The translations under genes were made by a program, and so were the position numbers. The notes under the pieces are model-generated. The model did not search any database and was not told the origin of the DNA. It worked only from the letters and a program-made list of their open reading frames with translations. A DNA stretch of 64,000 nt from Macrostomum lignano. Lineage: Eukaryota. Position 1 is the stretch's first letter. Each line of letters opens with the position of its first letter. Positions 11,130-23,144 of the stretch are shown here, piece after piece. The stretch spans positions 62,001 through 126,000 of the forward strand of contig NIVC01001987.1 of NCBI GenBank assembly GCA_002269645.1, read 5' to 3'.

Positions 11130-13491
11130 AGGACAAGCAAACTGAACTGCGATGATGACGCAATGCTTTGAATGCGTATTGAGCACAGGGCCTCGGAGTG
11201 CAGGCAGCAGTTTCTGCAACCCAATAGTTACAGAGCTTTCCCCAATGGAAAGCAACGATCGATGGGAGATTGGAATTCATGGGAAATTTCAGTACAGGCA
11301 CATCCGGTGGGTTTCAGACTGCTCATGCCTGTATGCAGCCGAGAGCCACTATGAGTAGCGTAGTGCATTAGCTATTTAATGTGGTTAGCGGCCAGCGCCT
11401 TGCACCCCCCAAGACACTTAAAATACAAAAAGTGCACCGCGGCGGAGCTGCAGCCGCTGGCCGCCTTCAAGGGCGCTGAACGGCAGCGATCAGCAGCTGC
11501 CTACCCTGCAGCGCTGCGGTTGAGCGCTGATTAGGCGGTGAGCGACTGCAGCTGGAGCCGCAGCTTGAGAGCAGCAAAGGTTTTGACACTCGCCTGCCCT
11601 CGAATCACAAAGTCCCGGCTTCCTGTGTTATTTATGTCCCGTGTCCATGTAAACTAAATGACAAAGGCGGAGAGCACTGTGCTCAATGATAATTTCCATT
11701 GCTGAGCAAAACTTTCCGACCACTCCAAAGAAAGTGGACAGGACACAACTGTATTAACTGGATCAGACAGTGCTAGAAGTGGAAAGGTAAGAAATCAGCT
11801 GCTGGTTATCGGATTGAACAGGCTAGATAAACAAACGGATTAGAAGGTCTAAGGTGAAAATTGCGCATAGAGAAAGCGGACAAAAGCGCAGCGAATACCT
11901 GAACCGAAAATCAGTAGCAGACAGGCGGTAAAATTGCTGACACGCAGGTTAAAATGGCTATGGATAAATGTGTGCGGATTACAGGCTTGGGAAATTCAAG
12001 GTGAAACGAATAGCAGTGCAGAGATGGAGGCTCGGACAGACAGCCAGGTATCACAGACGGCCGCAGCCAGGTAGAACTCAGCCTCAGACAGAATACAAGC
12101 AATGCGCGCTATATGCTACTGATTGGAAATTAATGCTAGCAGTAGTATATAGTGAGCAGCGCACAGCGACAGACGCAGTAAAAGGCGGGAGCGCGACTGG
12201 ACCAAAGCAGGACAAACAGCAAATTTGTTGATCATAAAATCTGAGTGAAAATGTTGGTGCGCCGCTAAAATTGAATTGGAAAAAGAGTGACAGCAGAGCG
12301 GAACAAAGACTCCGATAGGCACTGACAACATTGAATACTTGATCTGAACTTGGCTAGCGGACCGAACCGACAAAAGTACACGGAGAACGAAGCTGTCAGG
12401 TGTGTACAGAGTTGGGTAGCATACAATGTCAGGCATGAAAGCGAGGATAAAGAAGTTCAAACACGAATCCACAACTATGGATCAGGACTGGGAATCTATT
12501 TGTTATGATAAAGGATGAAAAATCAAAGCGGTATCGAGCTGATTAAAAAAATTGAAAGCAAATCAAAGATGTTCATAAATGTTTCACAATTAAAAAGGCC
12601 CATTCGAGCAAAAAAGGTACTGCGACAGTAGACGGAAATCATTCGCACATATTGCTACGATGAGTAGGGCAAATGTATGCAGGGCATTGGCATTTTGTGC
12701 AGTTGTTGCGCGAGCTCAACACGGTGAGAGAGTCAATACTGGAGCTGCACTAGCCGGTGACCGAGCGGACTTACTACTGACAGTAACGTGATTAGCAAGT
12801 GGTCATCAGAAGTCAAATGTCACAATAATTATGCAGATTATGCACGCACCAAAACGGGCAGCTGGCGTTAAAATCTTGTTAAAAAAACTCGGTCAAGAAT
12901 TCGGTGCGTGAGAGCAGGCAAAGACAACAGATTAAGCACAGTAAATATGTCAAAACAATACTAATCAATATAGTATGTGCCTTAGGAATCATTAACTATC
13001 TTCTTAGAGCAGATGCGGGCAATCCGAGATAAGGATTGCACAAAATTTCCTACCGTGATGGCAAACTGAGACCGAGTCGGGGGGGGGGGCAGAGAGCAGC
13101 CGGTTGCGAACCAGGCCAGCAGTTGCTCAGCTGCCCCTGTGTTTGAGGAGACAGGCTAACAGTAATTTCTGCTATCAGTTTCAAACTGCTGTTGGCCCAG
13201 CTCTACCTGCCCACACCTGCTGAGCTGGAAAGCCCCGGATGCAATAAAAAGAGATCTAGATAATTCTGCATTTTGAAAACAGTTATTTTCTGAGTCTTCA
13301 TAGAGATCTGTGCGTCAAAAACAGAACAGTAGTGCAAAAGCTAACAGCAAAACAATTCAATTATAAATAACTGAAACTCCTGATTAAACATGCAATTGGA
13401 AATATCTGCTTCGGTAATTTTTGTAAATTGCTCTAGCATAATTATTTGTATTAGCACACAGAAAGGACAAGACGTTAAGCATAGATAGAAA

Positions 13492-13607
13492 AAAGTACAT
13501 GACCTGCGGGGTCAGGCAAAGTACATGACCTGCGGGGTCAGGCAAAGTACATGACCTGCGGGGTCAGGCAAAGTACATGACCTGCGGGGTCAGGCAAAGT
13601 ACATGAC
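13492..13607 (-). repeat. 26-bp tandem repeat of the Argonaute terminal codons, stop and CCCCGCAG
   Basis: Plus-strand units GACCTGCGGGGTCAGGCAAAGTACAT start at 13501, 13527, 13553 and 13579. Confidence 0.95.
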
Positions 13608-16600
13608 CCGCATGGACTCGGGGTGGACGGTGACGGCCCTCAGCATAGCGGCCGGGTTGTTCCGCTCGTCCGAGTTGCTGCCGCTCTTCTGGGAGCCCTC
13701 GCCGGAGTCGATCTCCTTCTCCACCAGGTGGTAGCGGGCCCGGAAGGCCACCAGGTGGGCATAGTAGGCGGGGGCGGGGATGCTGACGGAGCGGGTGCAG
13801 CGGACATAGGTGTGGCACAGCTGGTAGGTCAGCACCTGCAGCTCGTCAGCCGAGAATCGGTTGTCATCCCACAGCACGTGGTAGTGCGATGGCCTGCTGG
13901 TGCCCTGCAGGACGGGTGCGGAGGTTAGGGATCGTCTTTATTGCCGTGGAAACAACAAGATTGACAGGGAGCTGCAGCCCAGGGTGTTGAGGACTCAATA
14001 TCTGAAGGCTGAGTACATCTAGCCTTTGGAATGTGCCGAGACTCGCAACTCCTACCCTGTATTTCTACCGCAACTCAGAGCTGCTATCCTGGGAACTGGG
14101 GGCTCAGCCTAACTTGCCACCTGTCTCATGGTGGCTACCTGCGGGGGTGAGGCTTTGAGCCCCTATTCAGCTGTGTACAAGGCGAGTACACCAGGCACTG
14201 AGGGCCTACCTGAATGCCGGCATGGCTGCACAGGTAGAAGTCGAACTCAGTCGGGTGGGTGATGGTCTGGTCCACGGCTGTGCCAGCCGGAATGTTGCCG
14301 CTGCGGCCCATGCGGTCGGCGGTGTCGGCGCAGAACAGGCGGGTGTGGTGCCGCTTCTGCACCACCACGAAGGTGATGCCGGGCTGGTAGCCCATCTCCA
14401 GGCGGGTGCAGGCCTCCCGGATGGCGCGCAGCTCGTGGGACTGCACCGCCATGAACTGGCCCTCGCTGACCCCATCCCGGTAGTACACAATGCGAGTCGG
14501 CTTGAATCGGGTGCTGCGGTAGAAGTGCAGCAGCAGCTCCCGCACCATGGCGCACAGCTCGGTGATTTTCTCCTCCCTGTGGGCCTGGACTCGAACCGTG
14601 GCCGCGTACCGGCTGGGGTGGGCGTCCATGCTGGCCACCACGGCGGCGATGGACGGCTTGGCGCGGTCTCCAGCGGGCGGGTGGGTCACGTCACCGCCCA
14701 TGAATATGATGGGCTCGCGGAACACGGGCGGCCGCATGCCAGGCACCAGGATGGAGTTGATGCCGCCCAGCTTCACGTTGATCTTCAGGCAGAGATTGCT
14801 GAGCGTCTGTGGCGAGGTTTTGTTCACGTTCTTGGCCTGCACGCACTGGGTGGCCAGGCCGAACAGGATGTCGCCCACTCGCTTCACTTCGGCGTACACC
14901 TGTAGGTGGTGCGGTTGGTCTCAAGCATCAGGTATCAGCAGGCTTTGAGCATTAGTTATCAGCAGGCCTTGAGCATTAGTTATCAGCAGGCTTTGAGCAT
15001 TAGTTATCAGCAGGCCTTGAGCATTAGTTATCAGCAGGCCTTGAGCATTAGTTATCAGCAGGCCTTGAGCACTTACCGGTGTTTTGCCAGGCAGCACCAC
15101 CACAATGAGCTGCAGGCCAGCAAAAGTGTTCTTGAGATAGCGGAACATCGGCTCCACCTGGTCCTGGCCGTTGGCGTACTTGCAGAAGCAGGGCTGGCCG
15201 CTGATCAGCATGCCGGCGTCCTGCGAAATCCGCTGCAGTTGCTGGGTGAACTGACGCAGCATGTCCTCCCGCACGGTGCGCTGTGGAGCGAAGCAGGCGA
15301 TGGCCCACACCTTGATCTCAATGCCGGCGAAGAACTGCTTGCCGCGCATGTCCCAGACTCCCTGCTGCGGCACCGCCTGGGCCCGGGTGCGCCCGCCGTA
15401 CTGGATCTTCGGGGCAGGCAGCACACGGCCGCCGATCTCCGCCATGCGGGTCTGGACCTGCGGAGTGGCGGGGTAAATGTACTTTAAGATCTGGCAGCAG
15501 CCTTACTGCGGGCTATACATGTACTAAGAACATTTACTAGGTTTTGAGTCGCTGCATCAATGCTCTGAGCTCAAGCTTTGTGGTTCTGAGTCGCTGCATC
15601 AATGCACTGAGCTCAAGCTTTGTGGTTCTGAGTCGCTGCATCAATGCTCTGAGGTCAAGTTTTGTGGTTCTGAGTCGCTGCATCAATGCTCTGAGCTCAA
15701 GCTTTGTAGTTCTGAGTCGCTACATCAATACTCTGTCTGAGCTCAAGCTTTGTGGTTCTGAGTCGCTGCATCAATGCTCTGAGCTCAAGCTTTGTAGTTC
15801 TGAGTCGCTACATCAATACTCTGTCTGAGCTCAAGCTTTGTGGTTCTGAGTCGCTGCATCAATGCACTGAGCTCAAGCTTTGTGGTTCTGAGTCGCTGCA
15901 TCAATGCTCTGAGCTCAAGCTTTGTGGTTCTGAGTCGCTGCATCAATGCTCTGAGCTCAAGCTTTGTGGTTCTGAGTCGCTGCATCAATGCTCTGAGCTC
16001 AAGCTTTGTAGTTCTGAGTCGCTGCATCAATGCTCTGAGGTCAAGCTTTGTGGTTCTGAGTCGCTGCATCAATGCTCTGAGCTCAAGCTTTGTGGTTCTG
16101 AGTCGCTGCATCAATGCTCTGAGCTCAAGCTTTGTGGTTCTGAGTCGCTGCATCAATGCTCTGAGCTCAAGCTTTGTGGTTCTGAGTCGCTGCATCAATG
16201 CTCTGAGCTCAAGCTTTGTGGTTCTGAGTCGCTGCATCAATGCTCTGAGGTCAAGCTTTGTAGTTCTGAGTCGCTGCATCAATGCTCTGAGGTCAAGTTT
16301 TGTGGTTCTGAGTCGCTGCATCAATGCTCTGAGCTCAAGCTTTGTAGTTCTGAGTCGCTGCATCAATGCTCTGAGCTCAAGCTTTGTGGTTCTGAGTCGC
16401 TGCATCAATGCTCTGAGCTCAAGCTTTGTAGTTCTGAGTCGCTGCATCAATGCTCTGAGCTCAAGCTTTGTAGTTCTGAGTCGCTGCATCAATGCTCTGA
16501 GCTCAAGCTTTGTGGTTCTGAGTCGCTGCATCAATGCTCTGAGCTCAAGCTTTGTGGTTCTGAGTCGCTGCATCAATGCTCTGAGCTCAAGCTTTGTGGT

Positions 16601-19589
16601 TCTGAGTCGCTGCATCAATGCTCTGAGCTCCGGCTAAAATCGCCTTTGCAGATCATTAAATGCTGACACGATAAGCTCGTAAAGCATAGGCTGAGGCGGA
16701 TTAAAGCAGAGGTAAGGGGGCCGGAGCACTGCCGCTGTTTCCCACAAGAAGCGAGCAGCAGTCTCGCCATTTCACAGCAATTTGGAAAATCAGCAAAGAA
16801 AACAGGCTCAGGGTGAAAATGGGCACCAGCAGGTGCGCTCGAGTATAAAAAATAGCCCCATGTAGAGCCGACTGAGGTTGGGAAGTGAAATCTTCCAGCC
16901 TGCAATCTACATGCAGGCATTAAACACTAAGGCTGCTGCATCGAAAATTGCCGCCGCTCAGCGTCCACCTGCGTCAAAGCAGATTATCTGGCAAAAAAGA
17001 AACACAAGCCAGAAAATTGCTTAGAAACAGCCAGAATGCAGGCAACACCGGCCGGTGCTCCTCGTAAGCATGCCACGGTGACAAACCTGAATGCCGAATG
17101 TCTGCAGGTGGCTGTCGTGGTTGAAGTTCGCATTGCGCACCAGGTTGTTGATCTCGCGCTCGCGATCGGGGGCGGATCGGGCAGTGGCCTTGATCATGGT
17201 TGATGTCTGCGAGTCCGTCAGCTTCTTGATGCAGCGCTGGCCGCTGACTATGTTGCACACCTCCAGTGGCAGGTAGGTGTGCTTGTTCTCCTGGCCCACC
17301 TGCAGACAGGGAGTGGGGCGAGAAACAGTTCACGGTGACGGCTTGGCAACAAATTTGTGGCTTGCTGCTCACTGCTTGTCTACAAGGATGAATGAGTGCT
17401 TACTGCATCCTGGACCCAGTCTGGAAACCCTTCACCCCAGTCTGCAGCGCATAGGAAACCCTTCACCCCAGTCCGTAGCGCACAGGAAACCCTTCATCCC
17501 AGTCCGTAGCGCACAGGAAACCCTTCATCCCAGTATGTAGCGCACAAGAAACCCTTCATACCAGTCTGCAGCGCACAGGAAACCCTTCACCCGGTCATTA
17601 CCTGCAGACAAGGCAGCATGGGGCGCAGCCGCATCCGGTACCGCTCAGCAAAGTACTTGGCCACTGTGCAGTCCAGAGTCTGGCCGTTCTCCATCTGCAG
17701 CGGAAATGTCTGAGCGCTGGCGGGCTTCCGGGTGACATTGCAAACTCGGTATTTGCGCCTCATCTGGCCGCCGTGAGTGATCTCAATCTTCAGGCCCTTG
17801 ATCTCTTTGGTGAACTTCACCCGGTTCGAGTCGCTCAGCGGTTTCTTGCTGTACTCCTCCAGGTCGTGCGAGTCCAGCACGTCGCGCAGGAAATCGCAGA
17901 CGCTCTGCGCCTTGTAGAAGGCGGTGGCGGACACGTCGATGTTGAGCATCATCTTCCAGTGGCTGGGCCGGACGCTCTGGTGGAAGCCGAACCAGACCTC
18001 CCGGCCGCTGCCCAGCGGGTGCTCGCTGCCAGCCTGCGGCGGCTGGAAGAAGGATCGGCCCACGGGCGTGTAGTGCAGGCTGGGCAGGTGCCGCATGATC
18101 ACGTCCAGCGCGTTCACCGCGTCCATCGGGATGCCCCGCCTGCGGCCTTCAAGGGCCTCCTCCAGTGCAAACAACGACACCTCGCCCAGGTATTTTAATG
18201 ACACTTTGAAGACGCGGTCGCGGCCGCCCTCGCCGGGCAGGGTCACCTCCAGCTCGCGTCGGTCGGTGCCAAACGGTAGCGGGTCTCTGCGGGGGCGGGC
18301 CAGTTTTACGAGACTCAGCTGAATCACAGTGCATGCAGTGCGGCAGAAGAAATGCCAAGGCTTTGATAACCCAACACTGAATGCACACAAGTCCACTAAA
18401 TAGTTTTTATCTAAACTTGCAGCTCCCTCCTTTACCCTCTGTTTTAAAACAAAATAAGCATGTTTGTAAACAAGTGGTTATTGAGTCTGGCTCTCGTGTC
18501 AAGGTTGGTGTTATTCTTATGCGCGACCAAATTATATTTAGGCCTTTGATTCATGAAGGAAATTTATACTGAGCGTGTGCAATTCTCGCCGATGAGGGCC
18601 AAACCCCTAAGGCTGTCTGGCAACGAGAAAGCCTGGCCGCTGTGCGCCCTATGTGGGCGTGTGCCATGTGCGCAAATGTGTGCGTGCTAAGGGGTCAGCC
18701 AGCGGACTGAGCATAGCTACCTACTGGCCAAGTAGTGGGTCACTAACAGTAAGATTAAGTGGGGCCGTAGCCCAGCGGTCTAGCGCAGGCTCTGGTGTGC
18801 GAGTGGCCCAGGCCTGACTCCAAATGCAGTCACATTATTTGGGGCTACATTGGAATCTCGGCTTGCAACTGCTCGTGCAACTATCGTACTTGAGGGCCAA
18901 CCCCAAGGCACAGTGAAGTGTACGCCAAAGGATAAATAGAGTTAGGGCCGCTGTGAGTGTGTGACTGCTCAGGGAAGTCTGCGCAAGGGCAGTAATGTCT
19001 ATCGCCGGTTGTGTGACAATGTCACTTAAAGTGCACCAGGGTGCGCACAGCCCCCTTGCCTCGAATAGCAGATAAGATAAGGGTCTCACCTGGTGTACAA
19101 GTTTTTCCTGCCATCAAACACCGGCCGCTGGTTGAAGAACAAGTTCTGGTGGTGCATGGAGTTCACCATGATGTCAATGATCTCCCGGTTCACCCGGCGC
19201 GGACACTTGTCGGGCGTTATGGCCACATCGTAGTGGTGCAGGAATCCCTTGGGCAGGCGGATCTCGAAGTGGTTGGCCCGCAACATGATTGGCCGTCCCT
19301 CCTGGCCGCGGCCCGGTCGCATTGGCGGCTGGAAGACGATGACAGGCGACAGCTGGTCGCCGCCTCCACCACCGCCGCCGCCCGAGTCGCTGCCGCCGCC
19401 GAAGGCGGAGCCGGGCCCGGAGCTGCCACCACCGCCAGCGCCGCCCGTGGATGAGGCGCCACCGGAGCTCTGAGGCGGTGGTGCCTGCGGATTGAAGCTG
19501 CCGCCAGGCAGTGCCAGCGGTGGTGGCTGCTGCTGCTGGGAGCCGCCAGGAGGCACTGGGAGTAGCAGTTTGGGGAACAAGAGTTGCAT
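13590..19589 (-). CDS. AGO1: Argonaute, miRNA (AGO1/2) clade, 6 exons, ~927 aa
   Basis: Exons 19589-19090, 18286-17602, 17299-17087, 15457-15077, 14899-14210, 13904-13590 join in frame (2784 nt). Motifs [94 protein letters not shown]-terminal VMYFA. The AGO paralog number cannot be resolved. Confidence 0.97.
14930..15072. repeat. 24-bp minisatellite filling most of Argonaute intron 4
   Basis: About 6 copies of ATTAGTTATCAGCAGGCCTTGAGC within a 177-nt intron. Confidence 0.93.
15545..16628. repeat. 42-bp minisatellite in Argonaute intron 3
   Basis: About 25 copies of GAGTCGCTGCATCAATGCTCTGAGCTCAAGCTTTGTGGTTCT. Confidence 0.96.
17420..17590. repeat. 31-bp minisatellite in Argonaute intron 2
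   Basis: About 5.5 copies of CGCACAGGAAACCCTTCATCCCAGTCCGTAG. Confidence 0.9.
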
Positions 19590-21836
19590 TGTGCTAAAGG
19601 GATTATTTTGGCTCTAAAATACATTATTGACACCCAAGCCACTAATAATATGCCAATAAATTTTAGGCCATTACGAGATTGAAAAATTGACTTTAAAATG
19701 CTTATTGAATAAAAAGCAGAGATACATTCTATGATAGTAACAGTTATAGTAAGTCATCAATTTTTGCCAGGGCAATTGCAGCAGAATTTGTGTTCAAAAG
19801 TTTTTAATTTACAAATAAAAATTTTATTTTAGTTACAATGTTGCCACTTTGTTTTAGTTAAAAAAGAAGTTTATGATTATGAAAAAGAGGATAAAATTAA
19901 TTTACAATGGTGTTAAACATGTAAACAGGATATTACCTTGCATATGGTTTTAGTCATCATTTAATTTTTTGCTTAAATTTGCACTCATTTCAGCTGCAAC
20001 ACAATGCTAGATTTAGTTAAACCCAAAAATTTACACCAAAAATGGCCATCTTTTTCCAGGGTATATACAGAGTATTCTGAACTATGGATATCACCTGAAC
20101 TATGGGATGCATTACTTGGTACTATGGCCATGTAGTGGCTAGCCAAGTACTGGCTAATGGACACTTTGTTTAACTGTGATGCTAATTCTATATAATTTAT
20201 AATTCATAAATAATTCACAATTCTAATATAATACTACATAATTCTATGAAGAATAATTTAAACTGAGAGACTGCATTTACCATATTTCAGATTATGCTTA
20301 ATACACACCCAAACAAAAAATGAATAATTATAAATATATGCCAAAAAAATTTTGAGTACACACTCAGACTCTCAAATCTACACCAGTGTTGCAACAATAA
20401 ATGACCTTTTGGGTTGCATAGGGGACCTTTTTGCCTAATAATTAGGTTTTTTTTGCTTTTTGCCTATACTATTTATAGCACAAAATCTATTTATACAAAA
20501 ATTTGTTCAAATGCCTAATTACAAGCTTAAAAAACTGTAAAACTTGAAATTTATGCTTAAAAAATTTTTTTCTTTTTTCCATTTAACACTAACTCTTTGG
20601 CATGATTCTATAAGGTATATACTATGAGGGCTACTTATTAAGTTTGTAGAAAATCCCATTTCCCTTTGCCCAATTCTCACAAAATTTAACACAATACTTT
20701 CCCACATGTTCATAACAGCTATGCAAAATTTCAGCTTGATTGGCTAAAATGCTGCAATGCAGTGGCCAAAGAAGCAGTGAAACTCTGCAGGTTATGCTGA
20801 GTCTCACTGATCAAAATAGGTGAGTCGTAATCCATATACTAAAAATGGTCTGTCGGTATATGTGTGTGTGATCGATTTTAGCAAAAATGGCTCAACCGAT
20901 TTTGTTCAAACTTGCACCATTCGATCAGAAATTTTTCCGTGACGGTACATGCATCGTGGCTAAGAAATTGCTCGATGCTAAAGGGATTAAATATTCGAAA
21001 AACATGCTTTTTTGCAAAGGTCAAGCAGCTATTTCGACTTGAAACGCACTGTAAAAATGCTAGAGAAAAAACTGACTGGTTGAATTCTGATTCTGAAATA
21101 GATTGCATCACAATACACTTTATTTATCGTCTGTGTACTGGCTGAATTTGACACTCAATTGAATTGCGTCACAGCTTTGAGTGTGAAAGTATAGTGCAGT
21201 ACTGAATTTATATTACGTAACCATATTGTTAGCTTTCATAGACACTGGTACTGACTTGCCTAAGAAATTGATTATGTCATAACTGCTTCGCGTGACTTTT
21301 TACTCTACCTGACTTGGTGTGAGTGTTGAATTATATAAGTGGTACAAATTCACTGATAACTTCGATGAGAGCTAGCCTAGAGCTGAGCAGACCAGACTGC
21401 TAATGCAGCGACCTGGGTTCGAATCTAAGTAGTTTAAAAGTAGTAGTGTAAAATTTTTTATTAAAAGCTTTTATTAAAGGACTAAATAAAAACACTTAGA
21501 TTACTGCACTCGATAAGCTAAGGATTATTGCTCTTGGCAAACCAAGGAATACTGCACTCGATAAGCCAAGGATTATTGCTATTAATAAACCAAGGATTAC
21601 TGCACTCAATAAACCAAGGACTATTGCTATTAATAAACCAAGGATTACTGCACTCAATAAACCAAGGACTATTGCTCTTGGCAAACCAAGGATTACTGCA
21701 CTCGATAAGCCAAGGACTATTGCTCTTGGCAAACCAAGGATTACTGCACTCGATAAGCCATGGATTATTGCTATTAATAAACCAAGGATTACTGCACTCG
21801 ATAAGCCAAGGATTATCTCTACCTATAAAAATCAAA

Positions 21837-21867
<31 letters not shown>

Positions 21868-21935
21868 CTGTGGACAAATTACTTCGCTATGGACTCCCAA
21901 ACCGCTTAACCAAATCTCTACCTATAAAAATCAAA

Positions 21936-21966
<31 letters not shown>

Positions 21967-23144
21967 CTGTGGACAAATTACTTCGCTATGGACTCCCAAA
22001 CCGCTTAACCAAATGACACCAAACTTTACACCCACCCTAAACTTACTACGGAGAATGTCTTAGGCTACCTTTTAATTTCCTAGACTCAAGTCTTCCTACC
22101 TAAAAGTACAAAAAACTGCTCAAAATGCGCGATTTTTTCACTAAATCCTCCATAGCGCCGCTCCACTTCTACCGATTCTCTTCAAATTTGACACAGATAA
22201 TCTTTAACTATTTTGGCACAATCGTGTAAAATTTCGAGTATCAAAGTTAATCCTGAGCGGTGCTGTGCGCTTTTAAAGTTAGGCTGTTTTTTCAGCGTAG
22301 CAACCACCCCAACCTCCGCCCGCCTGCCTCTCTTTCCCGATACCGATCTGGGCCCAGATGTGTAAAAGGGTTTCAAAATTGACTAACTTTCAGCTGCCAT
22401 AAGTTTGCTCCACGCAAAGCGATTGACTTCAAACTTGACACAATTTTTCATTGACCCATTCTCTATCTAAATGTAAAGTTTCAACTCTGTAACTCAACCG
22501 AAAAAGAAACTGTAAGCATGTGAAGTTTGTCTGCTTTTTCTGTTGTTTGTGCCACTCACTCACTCCACTCATTCCCCCCAGAGCCAGACGAAGGGTCAGG
22601 CGATAGGACTGAATGTACATAGCAAATGTACAGTGTTTTGGAATAACTTTATTTATAGCCTTCTCTGCACCCCGAGAGTGGAGAGGCTACGTTTAGCCAT
22701 AACAGTTTAGTGAGAAATTCTAACCACTGCCCTCCCCACTGTATTGGCAAACTCTGCAGCAGTTTAACAGTGGATGGTAATTGGCAAATCGAGGGAATCC
22801 AGCATGGTTTGTAAAAGCGAAAGATTTATGAAAAGGCGATGCAAATGCAATGCAATACAACCCTACTAAATTAGTCACACCATGGAAATTTAAGGTTTCT
22901 CTTAAAGGTACTTTAAAATTTAAATGGCCTCCTAAGAAATGCGCATTTCCTTTGTTGTTAGACTGATGCAGACTGCAGTGGAGCTAAAGATACACAAATT
23001 ATTTTCAGGGCTTGCAAATTGGCAAGAAAGATGACATGATCAAAGCATGAGAACAGCCATGAGAGTACTACGTCCCACAAACTGGCTTTCCAAGCAGGAA
23101 TGGGCAGACTTTTACCTCAAAGGCCAGAAAAGAATCCAGCTTAT

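Noticed and set aside
11641-11750. Possible miRNA-like hairpin between arrestin and Ago 3' ends
   Set aside because: The stem is short and bulged; it cannot be supported without folding and read data.
14222-14905. Antisense ORFs over Ago, IDH3A, AGL, RT and the FkbM genes
   Set aside because: Shadow frames expected from GC-rich codon usage; they have no motifs of their own.
15752-16666. Long ORFs in three frames (SRCINAL, ELKLCGS, QRLRTTK repeats)
   Set aside because: A 42-bp array inside Argonaute intron 3 with no coding signature.
18761-18825. tRNA-like start GGGGCCGTAGCCCAGCGG in Ago intron 1
   Set aside because: An A-box-like 5' end but no B box or cloverleaf, so it is not called as a tRNA.
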